Assembly (NCBI GenBank): GCA_041946805.1
Contig: JBHGBC010000004.1
Location: 32,001-96,000 of the forward strand
Source: a bacterium
Lineage (GTDB): Bacteria; Hinthialibacterota; Hinthialibacteria; Hinthialibacterales; Hinthialibacteraceae
Direction of reading: 5' to 3'
Length of the DNA: 64,000 bases
Within the stretch, counting starts at the first letter, position 1, and every line of letters starts with the position of its first letter. Under the pieces are notes generated by a model. That model saw nothing but the letters and a program-made list of their open reading frames with translations. It was not told where the DNA came from and did not search any database. Positions 61,883-64,000 of this stretch are shown piece after piece. A program made the position numbers and the translations under genes.

Positions 61883-61950
61883 GTCTGGATCAGGATGGTC
61901 AGGATTCGCAGGATGACCAGGATGACCAGGATGACCAGGATAACCAGGAT
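61883..61950 (+). repeat. 9-bp tandem repeat (CAGGATGAC) x6-7
   Basis: gtctggat caggatggt caggattcg caggatgac x3 caggataac caggat. Confidence 0.9.
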
Positions 61951-62031
61951 TTGATCAGTTATGCGCCACGCGCAAACAAGCCCCGCATACTAAATTCAAC
62001 CCAGATTTTTTATCCCGGGCGGTTTCACGAA

Positions 62032-63177
62032 TCATGGTTTGAACGCCACCTTGCGCTGGGCCAGGGGCGACCAGAGTCCCGCCCGGTTGCGGGCCGCCAC
62101 GAAAAAGTACATTTCCTCGTACCGGGGCGGCTTCACATAGGGTATCGCGGCGCTGGCCGAAGAGACAAGCACGCCGCTGGGCGCCACTTTTCGGGGATCA
62201 CGCGTGAACGCGTACCAATACCCTTCCACTCCCGATTCCGCGTCCACCGGCGGTTTCCAGGACCAGATAATCTCCTGGCTTTTCAACTCGTAATCCGGAT
62301 CCGTGGGCGGGGGGGGCGGAGTTCCGTCGATCGTGGTGCGGAAAACCGGCCGTTCTTTCCACAACCGGACGCCGTCGAGCCGGATCGCATACCCCCGCTT
62401 CAGGTCCATGCCCATCAAATTCTTGGCCACCGCCACGGCCGTGATTTTCGACCGGTTTGCGGGAGGTCCCATTTTTTCGTTCAGATCCACGGTCATGAAC
62501 TGCCATTGTTGGTCCGCGATTTTCGCGTCTTCCGTGAAATGCGCCACTGGTTCCCGGAAATCCGCCGACGCCGATTTGATGAGCAGATCCGCCCCGCCGG
62601 GGATGTCGCACCAGTAATAAAACTCCAGGAACCGGAACGGCGACCAATCCATCGTGGGGATCTTGTCGGTAAACCGCACGCCCAGCAGATCCTTTTCGGT
62701 CAATTCCACATCGGGTTTGTCGAACGTGAACGAAGTTCTCAGACTGCCCTTGCCCTGGAAATAGCTTTCCTCATCAAAGCGGATGCGCATGTGGTTCCCC
62801 GCCACCGAACACGCGGGCCACACCCGGAACAAGTCCTGTCCCTCATCGAAGTCCCCCAGCCGGACCATTTCCGCCCCGGTGGCCGAGGTGATGGCGCACC
62901 GGAACTCGATCCGCTGTCCGTGGATCCCCTGGAATGTCCCGGACGTGGCGGTGGTATCGCGAATGCCGGGAACCGCCTCCCAGGGACCCGGGGCGTTTTC
63001 GTTCATGATCCGGTAGAACACGGTGAACGCGGGATCGGGGACATTCTCCGCGCTCCATTCGAGTTTCACCTCCGGCGGGGAAAATTCCGGCAGCGGTTTC
63101 AACGCCGAGGCGGCCCCGGCCGATCCCGCTCCAATCCCCCAGAGCACTCCTAATCCAATCGACATCCATCGGATCAT
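62032..63177 (-). CDS. exported beta-rich hypothetical protein (FnIII/CBM-like segments)
   Basis: Signal peptide; DWSPFRFLEF, WQFMTVDL (CBM-like); DGTPP..WSW..DAESGVEGY..ARNRAGLWS (FnIII-like). Confidence 0.8.
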   Translation of the reverse strand: MIRWMSIGLGVLWGIGAGSAGAASALKPLPEFSPPEVKLEWSAENVPDPAFTVFYRIMNENAPGPWEAVPGIRDTTATSGTFQGIHGQRIEFRCAITSATGAEMVRLGDFDEGQDLFRVWPACSVAGNHMRIRFDEESYFQGKGSLRTSFTFDKPDVELTEKDLLGVRFTDKIPTMDWSPFRFLEFYYWCDIPGGADLLIKSASADFREPVAHFTEDAKIADQQWQFMTVDLNEKMGPPANRSKITAVAVAKNLMGMDLKRGYAIRLDGVRLWKERPVFRTTIDGTPPPPPTDPDYELKSQEIIWSWKPPVDAESGVEGYWYAFTRDPRKVAPSGVLVSSASAAIPYVKPPRYEEMYFFVAARNRAGLWSPLAQRKVAFKP

Positions 63178-63399
63178 TGGTTCTACGAATACCTCCTTGA
63201 GTCAATGCAATCGATTTTTCCTATTCTTCTTGTTCGTGTTGTCATGCATGAGAATGAGGGAAGCCAGGGTAAAAGATGCAGTGAGAAACATCGATGTCAA
63301 GGCTTTCCCTCACCCTGGCCCTCTCCCAGAGGGAGAGGGAATTAGGAAGGGTTACGCTTCGCTAACCCTTCCTACAGGCTACGCATCTCAGGGACGGCC

Positions 63400-64000
63400 T
63401 CAGCGCCCCGGCGCGCCCGTTTTGTAGATGGTGATGGAATCCGTGCCGGTGAACATCCCCTTGGCGTTCAGGCGGAACTCGTCGGGATTGGATGAGGCGA
63501 ACAGGGCCTCCTCGAAAGTGATCACTTCCTGGTTATACAAATCCAGCAGCGCCTGGTTGAAGGTCTGCATCCCCTGGTCGCGCCCCTTGGCGATGTATTC
63601 CCGCATTTTCCAGAATTCACCTTCCATGAGGGCCTTTTTGATCGAAGGCGTGGAGCGCAGGATTTCCAGCGCCGGGACCCGCCCGGTTCCGTCCTTGCGC
63701 CGCAACAGGCGCATGCAGACGATGCCCTCCAGGCACATCGAGAGTTCCTGCCGCACCTGCGATTTCAAGTAATCGGGGAAATAATTGATGATCCGGTCCA
63801 GCGTGTGGAAGACATCGACCGTGTGCAGGGTGGTCAACACCAGGTGGCCGGTTTCCGCCGCCGAGATGGCCGTCATCATCGTGTCCTGGTCCCGCATCTC
63901 GCCGATGAGGATCACATCCGGGCTTTGCCGCACCACATGCCGCAACGCGTTTTGGAAGCTGGCGGTGTCGTAACCCACTTCGCGTTGATTGATGACCGAC
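63400..64000 (-). CDS. PilT/PilU-family ATPase (5' part beyond window)
   Basis: QREVGYDT, RQSPDVILIGEMRD, AETGHLVLTTLHT, GMQTFNQAL. Confidence 0.93.
   Translation of the reverse strand, partial: SVINQREVGYDTASFQNALRHVVRQSPDVILIGEMRDQDTMMTAISAAETGHLVLTTLHTVDVFHTLDRIINYFPDYLKSQVRQELSMCLEGIVCMRLLRRKDGTGRVPALEILRSTPSIKKALMEGEFWKMREYIAKGRDQGMQTFNQALLDLYNQEVITFEEALFASSNPDEFRLNAKGMFTGTDSITIYKTGAPGR

Larger units (their letters stand above)
3633..63339. repeat. dispersed REP-like family CCCTCACCCTGGCCCTCTCCC-N3-GGGAGAGGG (~20 intergenic copies)
   Basis: Copies near 3633, 5223, 6446, 6663, 9282, 11211, 13616, 21413, 23616, 27849, 33207, 41420, 47699, 48004, 52530, 60410, 61840, 63307, in both orientations; coordinates give the span of the family, not one element. 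Confidence 0.9.

Noticed and set aside
61883..61950. CRISPR array
   Set aside because: 9-bp tandem units without spacers; no cas genes in the window.

Overview
GC-rich bacterial chromosomal window, mostly housekeeping. It holds the ylxM-ffh-rpsP-khpA-rimM-trmD-SPOUT-rplS cluster, leuCD, a K+-independent H+-PPase, murQ/rng/radical SAM, a GldA/F/G-type ABC system with DUF4340, mqnE, PBP1B, Rrf2-cysC, asp23-amaP-gatC, GT87, pcm and two PilT ATPases, plus several exported hypothetical proteins. I found no rRNA, tRNA, CRISPR array, prophage or autonomous transposase. The most unusual features: (1) nearly every intergenic spacer is a mosaic of several REP-like palindrome families, and some are packaged inside a ~205-300 bp MITE-like element with 22-bp terminal inverted repeats whose internal palindrome cassettes differ between copies; (2) an orphan structured RNA candidate with a possible pseudoknot and an intrinsic terminator upstream of ylxM-ffh; (3) an exported protein of three exact 114-aa repeats ending in a short DWML tail; (4) a lipoprotein with LpoB-like architecture divergent from PBP1B; (5) several odd fusions or splits (degenerate MBL + 2-hydroxyacid dehydrogenase, prenol-kinase-like + DUF92, split and reordered spermidine synthase/MFS). 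All assignments come from motif recognition by eye; no database searches were run. Lineage is not determined: the pilin type and C-terminal tail remind me of Sumerlaeota/OLB16-like bacteria, which is an inference only.
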